Below, piece by piece: positions 48,011-48,632 of a DNA stretch of 48,632 bases. The notes under the pieces were generated by a model. It was given only the letters and a program-made list of their open reading frames with translations, was not told where the DNA came from and did not search any database. Every line of letters starts with the position of its first letter. Position 1 is the stretch's first letter. The stretch is from NCBI GenBank assembly GCA_003693705.1, contig RBZT01000478.1, forward strand, positions 1-48,632, in the 5' to 3' direction. Both the position numbers and the translations under genes were made by a program. The DNA is from Polymyxa betae A26-41 (Eukaryota; Protista; Endomyxa: Phytomyxea).

Positions 48011-48632
48011 GGCTCTCAGAGAAAGTCTTGCAATCTAACGAGAAACTCAACATCTGGATCATTGCCTTCTCGGTCTTCCTTGTACATGATAATATCAGCA
48101 ATCTGGCAATTAACAGAAATTGTTTACTAGCGGCGTGGATGATACAGCCGAATCGACAGCAGCAAACACATCGTGAGACCGAGAAGGCGATCAACGCCGA
48201 GAGCAAGAACAAGAAGGAGGTGAATGCCGAGAACGAGAGCAACAAAGCGATAAACGAAGAAAACGAGAAGGCGACGAACGACGAAAGCTTTAAGTAGATA
48301 GGATCGATTTCTATCACTAGAGCGGCGCTGTTCAGAACGTGATCGCGAGTGACTTTGAGAACCTGCCATAATTCCATGACGAAACTCAAAGATTCGACTA
48401 CAAACGGGGACAATATAGGCGGGTCTTGTGATGATATTACAGCTGCTGTACGAAAGCGAACATTTTGTATTGATTTCATGCATAAATCACAAGGAATTCC
48501 GTAATTAGTCGGCCGCAAAATCGAATCCAGACGAGAATATTTCATGGGCCAAACTGGCGGAAGCGCAGCCTGATTCAAAATTAAATAAAATAATGATAAA
48601 TGAAAGAAATGCAAAAGGTTAGATCACCATGC

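Noticed and set aside
47976-48614. 212-aa hydrophobic minus-strand ORF as a membrane protein
   Set aside because: The hydrophobic stretch is the antisense reading of a purine-rich low-complexity repeat within transposon debris.
1-48632. tRNA, rRNA or prokaryotic operons
   Set aside because: None recognised. Spliceosomal introns and eukaryote-specific genes occur throughout.

Overview
Gene-dense eukaryotic DNA with short (about 50 nt) GT-AG introns and scattered TT(T)(T)AGGG telomere-type motifs. A flagellated protist such as a plasmodiophorid/phytomyxean is my best guess, and this is inference only. The core (about 11-44 kb) holds housekeeping genes: NOG2, APC2, PRP4 kinase, a WD40 protein, ETHE1, SURF2, RTF2, PDK, tafazzin, LAMTOR2, WRAP73, PDCD2 and DBP9/DDX56. 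It is flanked by an inverted segmental duplication (biotin ligase plus APH-like kinase, about 8.2-10.5 kb vs 44.5-46.9 kb) and by pogo, MULE and possible Ty3/Gypsy relics. The most striking feature is at the left edge. It consists of an intact, intronless CRESS-DNA-virus-type Rep (HUH endonuclease plus SF3 helicase), a heavily structured origin-like region, iteron-like repeats, an AT-rich Zn-finger/AP2-like small gene and a telomeric tract, with no capsid gene in the window. A decayed homolog of that small gene sits 21 kb away in a roughly 600-bp insert bracketed by a 26-bp direct repeat and inward-facing telomeric motifs. This suggests a mobile, possibly capsidless Rep-associated element family with non-autonomous derivatives. 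All family assignments are from motif recognition by eye; no searches were run.
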